Below, piece by piece: positions 1-10,040 of a DNA stretch of 64,000 nt; the first letter of the stretch is position 1, and each line of letters starts with the position of its first letter. Where the stretch lies: positions 1-64,000 of the forward strand of contig CAWKHF010000010.1 in assembly GCA_963849325.1 (NCBI GenBank). The letters run 5' to 3'. The DNA comes from an uncultured Planctomycetota bacterium (GTDB taxonomy: Bacteria > Planctomycetota > Planctomycetia > Gemmatales > Gemmataceae). The translations under genes were made by a program, and so were the position numbers. Below the pieces are notes generated by a model, which worked only from the letters and a program-made list of their open reading frames with translations, searched no databases and was not told the DNA's origin.

Positions 1-950
1 GTCGATCACTTCCTGACTCAGCAAAGTGCGCAGGGCGTAGACGCCGGCGGCGATGGCAACGGCCCACACCAGCCCGCCCACGCCGCTGGAGTAGAGTTGG
101 CCCATGCTCTCGTCATCGAGGAGCATGGCGAACAAGAGGTAAGCGAGAAAGGCCACCGTGGCCGAGATCCCCGCCGAACCGAAGGGCAGCATGGTCATGA
201 TGCTGGAGGCGATGCCCCAGGCGCGCGACTCCAGGTTCTGCATTTTGACCGCCCCCATGACGGCGAGGCCGTTGTAAATCAGCATCAGGAAATAGAAGCC
301 CGCGACGACGCTGTTCCGGATGGCGATTAACTTCGTCTGTGCCTGGATGTCGGCCATCTCCTCCGGCGTGACGTCCTTGCGTTCCTTGGGAGGGGTCTTG
401 TTCTTGACGCCTGCCTTTTTGTAGCGCTCTTCCAGGAAATCCGTGTGATCGACGAGATACTCCTGGAAGATGAAAGGCCAGATCGCCACGCAGAAGATGA
501 CGATGTCCAACAGGGCACTGATGCCGCCGATGAGCATCAGGTAGTTGGACGGCTTGACCACGGCCCCCTGGGCCGGGCCGCGTAAGTCCTTGATCGACAT
601 GTCCGGCGCGTACTCGATGTGCGGCTTGTCTTCCTCCTCTTCCTTCTTTTCCGAGACGTAGCCGTAGACGCCGCCGCCCTCGTCGTCGTCGTCGGTTTTC
701 TTCTTGGCTTCCGGGGCAACGGACTTCTTGACGCCGCCCTTTTTGATGCCGCTCTTCTTGGGGCCGGCCTTCTCCTTCGGCCCGGCCGGCTTCGCCTTGC
801 GCGGCGCTCCGCTTCCTCGTCCGCCCCGAGACCGGGTGACGTGAACGTGTTGCCGCACTTGGGGCACTTGACCTTTTTGCCGTCGGGCACCGGCTTGGCG
901 GGCTTCAAAACCGAGTTGCAATCGGGACAGGTGATGCGGGATGACGCCAT
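1..950 (-). CDS. Zinc-ribbon (CxxC...CxxC) N-terminal membrane protein; frameshifted near 790-810 and running off the window edge
   Basis: N-terminus MASSRITCPDC...VKCPKCGNTF, then a Lys/acidic linker; hydrophobic segments continue in another frame to position 1 (...VAIAAGVYALRTLLSQEVID). Confidence 0.65.
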
Positions 951-986
951 GATGGTACGCCCTGGAAGAATTGCGAAGGACCAACA

Positions 987-1023
987 AGCCCGGAGCGCGA
1001 GCGACGGGTTCTCCCCTGTCGCT
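987..1023. repeat. Partial copy of AGCCCGGAGCG palindromic repeat
   Basis: agcccggagcgcgagcgacggg...cctgtcgct matches the left arm of the elements at 2147 and 61268. Confidence 0.5.
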
Positions 1024-1039
1024 AGTAGATCATGCTATC

Positions 1040-2135
1040 CTATGTCTCCGGCTTCCGCCAGAGTGTAACCACGGCCGGCTGACCGAGTACGCGGACGCTT
1101 AGCGGCCGCCGCGCTTCCCAACCGACCGTCCGGACCGCCGCCCGCAGCGCCGCCGCCGCACTGACGAGGAGTACCGCTTGTCCACCCGGCCGCAGGACGC
1201 GGTCGTACTCGCGCAGCATGGCCGCGTAGAGCGGCCCGACCTCCTCGGGACGACTCATCTGCTTGCCGAAAGGCGGGTTCGACACGATGCGATCGACCTC
1301 GGCGGAGGCCAGCGGCAGACAAGTGGCGTCCCAGTGGGCCAGCAGGGAAGGGCCGAGGCGGCGCAGGTTGACGGCGGCGGCGCGGACGGCGCCGAGGTCG
1401 AGATCGCCGCCCCAGACCGGCGAACCATCGCCGCGCATTTGTGCCGCCGCGGCCAGTCGTTCCGCCAGCAGGGTGCCGGCGCCGCACATCGGATCGAGGA
1501 CGACGTGGCGCGGGCGGATCTCGGCCAGGCGAATCATCGCCGCCGCGATGGTTGGCCGCAGCGACGCCGGCCGGTGCTCCAGCTTGTAGGTCCGGTGTCG
1601 CATCTCGCGGTCGGACAGGCGCAGGCCGCACACCGCCATCGCTCCATGAATGGTCAGCCAGAACTCGACGGCGGCGTTGTCCTCGGCCGGCCGCCAACTC
1701 TCCGGCACCTGGCCCGTCAACCCCTGCGCCAGCGCCTGCCGTGCGTCGCGGCGAAGGTAGCCATGTCGGCCCTCCATCTGGGTGACGAGACGGTACGTCG
1801 GCCGGCCTTTCGGCTTGGGACGCAGGGCGTGATGCAGGCGCAGAAGGTTGGCCCAGTCAGCGTCGCGGGCCGTCCAACGGCGAATGCGCTCCAGGTCCTC
1901 GGCCCGATGCGTCAGCTGATCGGTGCCCCAGGCGAACAGGAACACGTCCTCCGTGGTGCGTAAGCTCAGCAGCCGGTCGTCGATTGGCTGTACGCGGAAG
2001 ACGACGAGGCCGGGTCCGATCTTCTTGACCTCGCCGCCGAGGTCGCGTTCGATCTCCTCGGCGGCGATCGGCTCCAGACCGGGATGGACCACGGCATAAC
2101 AGGGAGGCAGGGAGGGCTGCGCGCGAACGAGACAT
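1040..2135 (-). CDS. THUMP-domain SAM-dependent RNA methyltransferase (Trm14/RlmL-like)
   Basis: HPGLEPIAAEEI N-terminus, PASLRPTIAAAM, VLDPMCGAGT (SAM motif I), IVSNPPFG (motif IV). The true start is probably ATG 2135 with a 1-nt indel, because the ORF extension to 2227 runs through a palindromic repeat. Confidence 0.85.
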
Positions 2136-2146
2136 CGATAAACCCC

Positions 2147-2202
2147 ACCAGCCCGGAGCGTCCGCGACAGGTGCCGACCCGTCGCGGACGCTCCGGGCTG
2201 GT
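2147..2202. repeat. Palindromic (REP-like) repeat
   Basis: accagcccggagcgtccgcgac / gtcgcggacgctccgggctggt are perfect inverted arms. Confidence 0.85.
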
Positions 2203-2215
2203 CCGGATGCTTCTC

Positions 2216-2243
2216 TTGCACGAACAACTGCTCCCGTTATACT
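2216..2243 (+). promoter_or_regulatory. Candidate sigma70 promoter for the TPR/alpha-CTD gene
   Basis: TTGCAC-16 bp-TATACT in GC-rich DNA, about 55 bp upstream of the start. Confidence 0.45.
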
Positions 2244-2296
2244 AACAATTTCCCCTAGGGGCCGACGAAGACCGCGATTTCACGGGAGAGCGTTGC

Positions 2297-3634
2297 ATGG
2301 TGGAGCCGATGCTGATCGATTTGAAAGCCTTGCTGGTCGAGCGCGAAGATTGCGACGCCGGCACGGTGTCGAAGCTGCGCGAGGCGCTGGCCCAGGGCGG
2401 CACGCAGTACCGCACCCTGCGCGACGTGACGGAGGCGATCAAGAAGAAGATCGAAGCCTCCTCCGGGGCGGCGGCCAAGCGCTGGCACCTCAAGCTCGGC
2501 ATCGCCTCGTTCTTCCTCGGCTACATGCAGCAGGCCGCCGACCACCTGCGCCAGTCCGAAGGCGCCCTGGCCAACTTCTACCTCGGCCGCGCCCTGGCCT
2601 CGCGTCACGAGTTCGACGACGCCCTCAAGGGCTACGACAAGGCCGAGAAGTCCGGTTACAACGCCAGTCAGGTGCAGTTGCAGCGGGCCGGCATCTACCG
2701 TCAGAAGGGCGATCTGGCCCAGGCCCGCGCCATCCTCGGCAAGCTCGGCGACCTGGCCAGCCACAGCGCCGAGTATCACTACCAGATCGCCAGCTGCCAT
2801 CTTGCCGAGGGCGAACGCCTCCGCGCCGTCGAACATCTGGAGAAGGCCGAGAAGTTCGACCCAACGCATACCGGCGCGCTGTTTCAGTTGGCCCACGCCA
2901 ATGACCTGGCCGGCAACGACGACGAGGCGATCGGCTTTTACGAGCGCTGTCTGAAGCATCCGCCGGTAAACGTTGGCGTCCTCAAGAACCTCGGCGTCCT
3001 CTACGAAGACCACGAAAAGTACGACAAGGCGGTCGAGTGCTATCGCCGCGTTCTCGCCTCCGACCCGACCGACGAGCAGGCCCGCCTCTTTCTCCGCGAT
3101 TCGCTGGCCTCGCAGACCATGTACTACAATCCCGAGGAAGAGCACGCCTTTAGCCGCTTCAGTCAGGTGCTGGAGATCCCCGTCACCGATTTCGAGTTGT
3201 CGGTGCGCAGCCGCAATTGCCTGAAGAAGATGAACATCAAGACGCTGGGCGACCTGACGCGCGTCAGCGAGCAGCAGTTGCTCAGCAGCAAGAACTTCGG
3301 CGAAACGTCGCTGGAAGAGATCAAGGAGATGATGACGACCAAAGGGCTGCACCTGGGGCAGTCGCTGGAGGAAGGTGCGCAAAATGATCTGCGCTTCCGC
3401 CCGCAGCAGCAGCTGAGCGAGCAGGAGCAGGCCGTGCTCAACAAGCCGGTCAGCGACCTGAACCTGTCGGTTCGCGCCCGCAAGTGCATGAACCGCCTCG
3501 GAATCAATACGCTGGGCGACCTCGTCAATCGGACGGCGGACGAACTGCTGGAGTCGAAGAACTTCGGCATGACGTCGCTGAGCGAAGTCCGCGAAAAGCT
3601 GGCCCAGTACGGTCTCACGCTGCGCGGAGATTGA
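2297..3634 (+). CDS. TPR-repeat protein with two C-terminal RNA polymerase alpha-CTD domains
   Basis: Multiple TPR helices, then PVTDFELSVRSRNCLKKMNIKTLGDL...KNFGETSLEEIK and PVSDLNLSVRARKCMNRLGINTLGDL...KNFGMTSLSEVR, both matching the RpoA-CTD pattern. No alpha-NTD. Confidence 0.9.
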   Translation: MVEPMLIDLKALLVEREDCDAGTVSKLREALAQGGTQYRTLRDVTEAIKKKIEASSGAAAKRWHLKLGIASFFLGYMQQAADHLRQSEGALANFYLGRALASRHEFDDALKGYDKAEKSGYNASQVQLQRAGIYRQKGDLAQARAILGKLGDLASHSAEYHYQIASCHLAEGERLRAVEHLEKAEKFDPTHTGALFQLAHANDLAGNDDEAIGFYERCLKHPPVNVGVLKNLGVLYEDHEKYDKAVECYRRVLASDPTDEQARLFLRDSLASQTMYYNPEEEHAFSRFSQVLEIPVTDFELSVRSRNCLKKMNIKTLGDLTRVSEQQLLSSKNFGETSLEEIKEMMTTKGLHLGQSLEEGAQNDLRFRPQQQLSEQEQAVLNKPVSDLNLSVRARKCMNRLGINTLGDLVNRTADELLESKNFGMTSLSEVREKLAQYGLTLRGD

Positions 3635-3645
3635 TCGAACAACTC

Positions 3646-3727
3646 ACCACGGAAAACACGGAACACACGGAAAGAAGACAACAGATTGTCTTGGTCTTCT
3701 TTCCGTGTGTTCCGTGTTTTCCGTGGT
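3646..3727. repeat. Inverted array of ACACGGAA-type short repeats; likely terminator hairpin
   Basis: accacggaaaacacggaacacacggaa / ttccgtgtgttccgtgttttccgtggt are perfect inverted arms just after the stop codon. Confidence 0.8.
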
Positions 3728-3744
3728 CCTGAGGAAATGCGACC

Positions 3745-4563
3745 ATGTCTACCGCGCTGATCGAGCAGTTGCAGTCCGCTCGCGTCTACGATCTGGAACA
3801 GCCCCGTTTCGCCGGCATGCCGATTCACGAAACGCACCGGCCGGGTTACTTCTACGCCTTGCATCGCCGCCACCGCGACACCTTCCATCCGGAGGAAAAC
3901 GGCCCACGTTCCGGCGCCTCCGGGGTGCTGAACATGATGGAGCACAGCGGCACCCATATCGATGCCCTCTCTCATCAGGCGTGCAACCTGCGCTTGCACG
4001 GCGACGTGGCCATCGAGGACGTGGAAACGCCCTTCGGCTTCCGCCGCCTGGGCGTCGAGACGGTTCCGCCACTTCTGCGCCGTGGGGTGCTCCTGGATGT
4101 GGCCCGCTGGAAGGACCAGGATCGATTGCCGCCCAAATACAGCATCTCCAGCGAGGAACTACAAGGCTGCGCCGCGGCCCAGCAAGTGGAGGTGCGTCAC
4201 GGCGACGTGTTGCTGGTACGAACCGGCTTCGCGGCGTTGTGGCACGATGAAGCGGCTTACCTCCATGCGGCGGGCGTGGCGAAGTCCGGCAGTCTATGGG
4301 CCGCCGAACGCGGCGTCGTCGCCGTCGGCGCCGACAACATGGCCTGGGACGTCCCGGGCGAGCGCGACCCGGAATCCGGCGCCACCTTGTTCGCTCATTT
4401 CTACCTGCTGCCACAGAAGGGTATTTACATCATCGAAAACCTGAGCCTGGAAGAACTGTCGCGCGATCGGCAGTATCTGTTTGCGTTCGTTGGCATCCCG
4501 ATGAAGTTGAATGGGGCCACGGGGTCGCCGTTGCGGCCGCTGGCGCTGGTGCAACCGGGATGA
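3745..4563 (+). CDS. Cyclase-family metal hydrolase (kynurenine formamidase-like)
   Basis: EHSGTHIDA metal motif, GDVLLVRTG, IYIIENL, GATGSPLRPLA. Confidence 0.9.
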   Translation: MSTALIEQLQSARVYDLEQPRFAGMPIHETHRPGYFYALHRRHRDTFHPEENGPRSGASGVLNMMEHSGTHIDALSHQACNLRLHGDVAIEDVETPFGFRRLGVETVPPLLRRGVLLDVARWKDQDRLPPKYSISSEELQGCAAAQQVEVRHGDVLLVRTGFAALWHDEAAYLHAAGVAKSGSLWAAERGVVAVGADNMAWDVPGERDPESGATLFAHFYLLPQKGIYIIENLSLEELSRDRQYLFAFVGIPMKLNGATGSPLRPLALVQPG

Positions 4564-4588
4564 TCGTCTGGATCATCCGGATCCCTCG

Positions 4589-4861
4589 CTAGGATCGTGA
4601 TACTTCTCGCGCCTTCCTTGTCCAAGAGGGGGAAGGATCGGCAAGGACGTGCCTATCCTGTTCGTCCCGGATGTGTTCCCACAAGCGGTAAACGTCCACC
4701 GCATCCAGACCGCGGACCTTGGCGGCCAGGGCCGGAGAGTCCGCCAGGCGCACGTCCAGGAAGCGGCGTAGCAGGACAAGCAACCCGGGCGATGCTCGTA
4801 CCCAACGGCAGGCGTCCACGATGCGGGCCAGTTCACGACCCGTAAGCCCTAAGTCTACCAT
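4589..4861 (-). CDS. Small hypothetical protein
   Basis: ATG at 4861 preceded by AGAGGAGG Shine-Dalgarno; about 90 aa, no recognisable motif. Confidence 0.45.
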   Translation of the reverse strand: MVDLGLTGRELARIVDACRWVRASPGLLVLLRRFLDVRLADSPALAAKVRGLDAVDVYRLWEHIRDEQDRHVLADPSPSWTRKAREVSRS

Positions 4862-5090
4862 TGTCGCCTCCTCTGCCGGCACAATCGGAATCGGTGCAGG
4901 CGAAGCAAGAGACAAGACTGCAAGTAACGGGCCGTGTGCGGAGGAGTATGGGCGATAATCGGAGGCGGAGTATCGCTCAGGAGGCAAATCGGGCCTTTCG
5001 CCATCCGGCTGAGGTTGGCCGTTCGACGCCATTCGCCGCCTGGATAGAATAATCAAGCGGCCGATTGGACCAGGGATTGTTCCCCGAACA

Positions 5091-6374
5091 ATGGAGTCTG
5101 TCATGGTCTCGACCCCACCGGGCAAGCAGGGATTCGTCGAGGACGTCGAAATTCAGGGCCACATCATCGATTCGCTTCTGCTGCCCAAGGTGCTCGACGA
5201 GATCCTCACGCACGGCGGCTCCTACGTCCTCAAGGACATCCGCATCGGCCAGCGGCAGGCCGACCCCAGCCACGCCCGCATCGAGGTCCGCGCCGACAGC
5301 AGCGAACGGCTGCGCGACATCCTCGACGCCATCCACGACCACGGCGCCGCCCCCGTCGCCGTCCGCGATTGTCAGATCGTGGCCGCCGACATGGACGGCG
5401 CCTTCCCCGAGCATTTCTACAGCACCACCAACTTCCGCACGCAGGTCCGCCTCGGCGGCGAATGGATCGACGTCGAGGACCAGGAGATGGACTGCGGCAT
5501 CCTCGTCGATGCCGAGGGTACGGCCGCTCGCTGCGTCCCCATGACGGACGTGCGCGTCGGCGATCGCATCGTCGTCGGCCGGCACGGCCTGCGCGTCTTT
5601 CCGGCCGAGACGACGGCGCGATCGAACCTGTTCGAGTTCATGGCCAGCCCGGTCTCCAGCGAGAAGCCCAAGGGCGTCACCGTGCGCGAGATCGCCGCCG
5701 CCATGAAGCGGACGAAGGCGGCCGGCGAGAAGATCCTGGCCGTGCTCGGCCCGGCCGTCGTCCATACCGGCAGCGTCGAGCACATCAGTTACCTGATCCG
5801 CGCCGGCTATCTCAACGTGCTGTTCGCCGGCAACGCCCTGGCCACGCACGACATCGAGCAGGCGCTGTACGGCACCAGCCTCGGCATTTCGCTGGAGCGC
5901 GGCCTGCCGATGGCGGAGGGGCACGAGCATCACTTGCGCGCCATCAACACGATGCGGCGGCTGGGCGGCATCCGCCGGGCCGTCGAGCGCGGCGTGCTCA
6001 CGAGCGGCATCATGTACGAATGCGTCCGGCACGACATCCCGTTCCTGCTGGCCGGCAGCATCCGCGACGATGGCCCGTTGCCGGAGGTCGTCACCGACGT
6101 GCTGGAGGCGCAGCGGCGCATGCGCGAGATGATCCACGGCGTCGGCTTCTGTCTGATGGTCGCCACCATGCTGCACTCGATCGCCACCGGCAACCTGCTG
6201 CCGGCGTGGGTCAAGGTGGCGTGCGTGGACATCAACCCGGCGACCGTGACCAAGCTGACCGACCGCGGCAGCATCCAGACCGTCGGCGTCGTCACCGACG
6301 CCGAGCCGTTCCTCCGCGCTCTGGTCGCGGAATTAAAAAATGAACCACGGATGAACACGGATGAACACGGATGA
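5091..6374 (+). CDS. TIGR00300-family protein (LOR/SDH-like; ArgZ/AgrE C-terminal ornithine cyclodeaminase-like)
   Basis: GHIIDSL, FYSTTN, MDCGI, FEFMASPVSSEKP, GNALATHDIE, GSIRDDGPLP, TMLHSIATGN, KLTDRGS. Confidence 0.9.
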   Translation: MESVMVSTPPGKQGFVEDVEIQGHIIDSLLLPKVLDEILTHGGSYVLKDIRIGQRQADPSHARIEVRADSSERLRDILDAIHDHGAAPVAVRDCQIVAADMDGAFPEHFYSTTNFRTQVRLGGEWIDVEDQEMDCGILVDAEGTAARCVPMTDVRVGDRIVVGRHGLRVFPAETTARSNLFEFMASPVSSEKPKGVTVREIAAAMKRTKAAGEKILAVLGPAVVHTGSVEHISYLIRAGYLNVLFAGNALATHDIEQALYGTSLGISLERGLPMAEGHEHHLRAINTMRRLGGIRRAVERGVLTSGIMYECVRHDIPFLLAGSIRDDGPLPEVVTDVLEAQRRMREMIHGVGFCLMVATMLHSIATGNLLPAWVKVACVDINPATVTKLTDRGSIQTVGVVTDAEPFLRALVAELKNEPRMNTDEHG

Positions 6375-6375
6375 A
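6346..6375 (+). repeat. Tandem CACGGATGAA x3
   Basis: Three direct 10-mers forming the last codons and stop of the upstream gene. Confidence 0.75.
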
Positions 6376-6434
6376 CGCAGACTGTATAGTAACCCAAGAG
6401 ACTCTCTGCGGATGATCGATGCGCGGGAGGTCCC

Positions 6435-8763
6435 GTGAGCAAGAAGAAGCACCAACACCGCCAAACCTCGACCTTCTCGCCGGCGGACCTGCAACCGCGC
6501 ATCGATCGCGCGACTCGGGAGGGTCGCTTCCAACAAGCACTCGACCTCGCCAAGCAACTGCACAAGCACGAACCGACGCCGGCCCATCTCGAATTGCTCA
6601 AGGACGTTTACCTCGGCCGCGCCCGCCAGCTGCGCGGCCAGGGACAGACGCGCGACGCACTGACGATCCTCGATGTGGCCCTGCGGCTGGACGAAACAAC
6701 ACCGGCATGGCTCGAACGGGTCGCCGAGGAGTTGGCCCTGTGCGGCGACGTCCGCCGCGCCCTGGCCCTGACGGACACGCTGACGGATGCGGCCGGCGCG
6801 AGCCGAATCCTGGGCCACGCGGCCGATGCCGCCATGCAGCACGAATCGGCCCATCGCGCCGCCCTGCCGCCGGCGCTGCAAGCGGACTGCGAGCGCATCA
6901 TCCGGGCTTTTACCCAGGTCGAGTCCGGCCAGGACGACGCAGCCCGCGAGACGCTGCAAGGCATCGGCCTGCGCTCGCCCTTCCTCGAATGGAAACTCCT
7001 GCTGCGCGGCCTGCAAGCGTACTGGCACAACGACGATGTCCGCGCCCTGGAGAACTGGCAGCGCCTCAGCCCGGAGCGCGTGCCGGCGCGACTGGCCGCG
7101 CCGTTCCGCTTTGCCATCGATTCGGCCTTCCGGGCCGCCCAGCCTCCGGCCACGCAGAACGCCTTGCAGAAGCAGATCGACCGTGTGCAAGGCTCGGCCC
7201 TGCTGCCGTCCCTGCGCACCCTGCGGGCGACCCTGGCCGACAAGCACAAGCTGGCCTCGGCCTTCCGCCAGGCCGAGACGCTGCTGCCGGCCCTGCGTCA
7301 GGAAGCGCCGCACCTGCTGCCGCGCCTGGCCTCATGCTTCTACTGGGCCATCCTCGAAACCGGCCCCGATGACGTGCTCCGCTATCAGCGCGTCTTCGGC
7401 AAGCCGCCGCACGATCCGAACTTCAACCGCCTGCACGCCCTGGCCTACGAGAAGGGCGACGACCTCGAGCAGGCGCACGCCTACTGGCAGAAGTACGAAC
7501 GAGAGATCGCGGCCCATCCGGAGAGCTGGCCAGGCGATCAAGCGGCCCACGCTCGCGCCCTCATCTGGCAGCGCATGGGCACCAACGCCGCCCGCATCCC
7601 CGAGCCGCGCCGGGGGCAACGACGCCGGAGTTTCGATCTGTTCGGGGAAGATGAGCCGCAAACGCCTCTGAAGCCCCCCGCCGAGAAGTGTTTTCTCCAC
7701 AGCCTGGAGTTGTCCCCCGATCTGCTCGAAACGCACGAGGCCTTGCTTCGACACCATTTGGAAGCCAAGAGAGAGGGAAAGGCGGAGAAGACAGCTCGAC
7801 AACTCCTCCAGCACTTTCCCGAACACGTTCCGACCCTGGAGTTGCTGGCCGATCTGCGACGGAAGCACGGCGACCATGCGGAGTCTTTGCAGCTGATCCA
7901 GAAAGCCTTGCAAGGCAATCCGCTCGATCGCCGTCTCCGGCGCAAGGTCAGCGATGCTTACCTCATGCTCGCTCGCGGCCACGTCGAGACCGGTCGCTTC
8001 GAGGAGGCTCGCCAAGCCTTTCAATCTTCTCTGGACCTGAGCAGCGGCTCGGACGCCGGCATGATCCTGGCCCACTGGGCGGCGTGCGCAGTTCAAGGCC
8101 GACGACGCGGCCAAGGCGGAGGAGTTGGTACGGCAAGCGCTGGCCCGCACGGATGCGCCGGTGGGCATCGCCTATCTGCTGCTGACCGAGGTACTTCGTT
8201 TTAAGCTCGATCGCGCTCTCAAGACGCGCTTCGAGCAGGAACTGAAGGATGGCCTGGCCGCGCCGACAGCCTCCGGCGCCGTCTTTCTGACGCGCATCCT
8301 GGCGGAGCTACACACGGGCGACGTCAAATACATCGGCCAGAAAGGCCACGCCCAGAAAGTCCTGTCGTACATTCACAAGGCCCGCAACCTGGATTTCACC
8401 GAGCCGCAGCTGGAAGAACTCTGCCAGAACCTGCTCGATCTGGAGTCCTATCCCAAGGCGCGACGCTTCGCCGACTTGGGAGAAGAACGCTATCCGGATA
8501 GTCCGTTTTTTCCCTATTTGCACGCCCTGGCCTGGATCCGGCAGGAAGGGCGCCGCTTGCAGCCCTATCAGGTGGTGCCTTTGCTCCAGCGAGCGCAGCG
8601 TCTGGCACAGGCGCGACCGTCGGGAGAACGCCGCGACCGTCTGCTGGCGGACATCGAGAAGCACCTGCGCGAACAGAACCCCTTCGACCTCGATTTCCTC
8701 GGGCGTCTGTTCGACATGGGCGACCTCGGCGACGCCTTCGCCGAGGCGGATGATGACTGGTGA
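6435..8763 (+). CDS. Large TPR/alpha-helical protein (frameshift near 8090)
   Basis: ORFs 6435-8204 and 8125-8763 join into one helical-repeat protein; first gene of the chaperone operon. Confidence 0.75.
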
Positions 8764-8775
8764 AAGGGAAGTCGC

Positions 8776-9069
8776 ATGGACGATCCTCACGCCGTACTCG
8801 GTTTGCCGTCCGACTGCGACGATGAGAACATTCGTCGTCGTTACCTGGAGTTGGTACGGCAGTTCTCGCCGGAGCACCATCCTGAGAAGTTCGCCGCCAT
8901 CCGCGCCGCTTACGAGCGTCTGCGCGACCGCAACGCCCGCGTCTACTATCGCCTCTTCGAGGCGGGCAAGAAAGAAACCGTGGATGCTCTCGTGGAGGAG
9001 TATGCATGTCGGAGTCCTCGCCGCCGGGTATCTCTTTCGACGCTCCTGTCCCTGCTGCGCAAGCCTTGA
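8776..9069 (+). CDS. Small J-domain protein with non-canonical HPD motif
   Basis: DPHAVLGL...IRRRYLELVRQFSPEHHPEKFAAIRAAYERL follows the J-domain pattern, with SPE in place of HPD. Confidence 0.85.
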   Translation: MDDPHAVLGLPSDCDDENIRRRYLELVRQFSPEHHPEKFAAIRAAYERLRDRNARVYYRLFEAGKKETVDALVEEYACRSPRRRVSLSTLLSLLRKP

Positions 9070-9887
9070 CGCCCGACGCCGTGGCTGCCGTGCTCGCCGA
9101 TTTTCATGCCTGGCTGACGGCCCTGTCCGCACCAGCCGAGGAGGAGACGCCGCCCCCGGCGAGGACCGCGAGCGTCGATCTGCACACGCTGCTGGGTCAG
9201 TTCCTGGCGGTACGGCAGGAGGTCAACCTGCAAACGCGGGCAGTGCGAGCGCAGCAGGAGCAGAACGCCGAGACGCTGCGCCAGCTCGCCGCGGCGCTGG
9301 ACGCGCTGCGTCAGAGCCAGGCACGGGCCGAACAGGAACGGCAGCAGGTGGAGGAACAGGCGAGCCGGCCTTTGCTGAAAACGCTGGTGGATCTGTATGA
9401 CGCGCTCGCCCTTGCCGGCCGCGAGACCCAGCGCCTGCGCGAAACCTTCGAGCCGGCCCTGGAACCGCTCACTTCCGCGGGGTCGGCCGAGGCGGAGCCG
9501 CTGCCCTCTCCCGCGCCGCCTTCCTTCTGGGCGAGATGGTTCGGCCCCTCCGCGCCGGACGCGGCGGAGATCGAACGACGCGCGGCACAACGCCAGGACC
9601 AGTTGCAGGCGCGACACGAGCGCGAGGCGCGCGTTCGGCAGACGCTCGCGTCACTGGTGACGGGCTATACAATGAGCTTGCAGCGCGTGGAGCGGGCGCT
9701 GCGGCAACACGGTCTGGAAGCGATCCCAACGATGGGACAACGTTTCGATCCCGAACGAATGGAAGTGCTGGAAGCCGTCGCCGACAGCGGCCGGCCGGCC
9801 GGCGAGGTGATCGAGGAAGTGCGCCGCGGCTACCTGTGGAGCGGGCGCGTGTTCCGCTACGCGCAGGTACGGGTGGCCAAGGGATGA
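9006..9887 (+). CDS. grpE: GrpE-family nucleotide exchange factor (extended)
   Basis: Coiled coil, then GQRFDPERMEVL...GEVIEEVRRGY...RVFRYAQVRV; directly upstream of Hsp70. Confidence 0.85.
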   Translation: MSESSPPGISFDAPVPAAQALTPDAVAAVLADFHAWLTALSAPAEEETPPPARTASVDLHTLLGQFLAVRQEVNLQTRAVRAQQEQNAETLRQLAAALDALRQSQARAEQERQQVEEQASRPLLKTLVDLYDALALAGRETQRLRETFEPALEPLTSAGSAEAEPLPSPAPPSFWARWFGPSAPDAAEIERRAAQRQDQLQARHEREARVRQTLASLVTGYTMSLQRVERALRQHGLEAIPTMGQRFDPERMEVLEAVADSGRPAGEVIEEVRRGYLWSGRVFRYAQVRVAKG

Positions 9888-9907
9888 GGATTGGGACTTC
9901 GCGGATG

Positions 9908-10040
9908 CAGTGATCGCCATTAGGCGTTGAGCACATTCGATCGTGGGCATCGACCTGGGGACTACCAAGATGACGAATTCAGTGATGCCGCAAGGCGTTG
10001 GTTCCAATCTCATCGTGGGCATCGACCTGGGCACCACCAA
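9908..10040 (+). repeat. Diverged 72-bp-period duplication of the Hsp70 5' end
   Basis: atcgtgggcatcgacctggg is identical at 9940-9959 and 10012-10031; cagtgat and aggcgttg are also repeated upstream of each. Confidence 0.85.

Noticed and set aside
2297-3634. Calling this gene rpoA
   Set aside because: It lacks the alpha N-terminal assembly domain and the ribosomal operon context.
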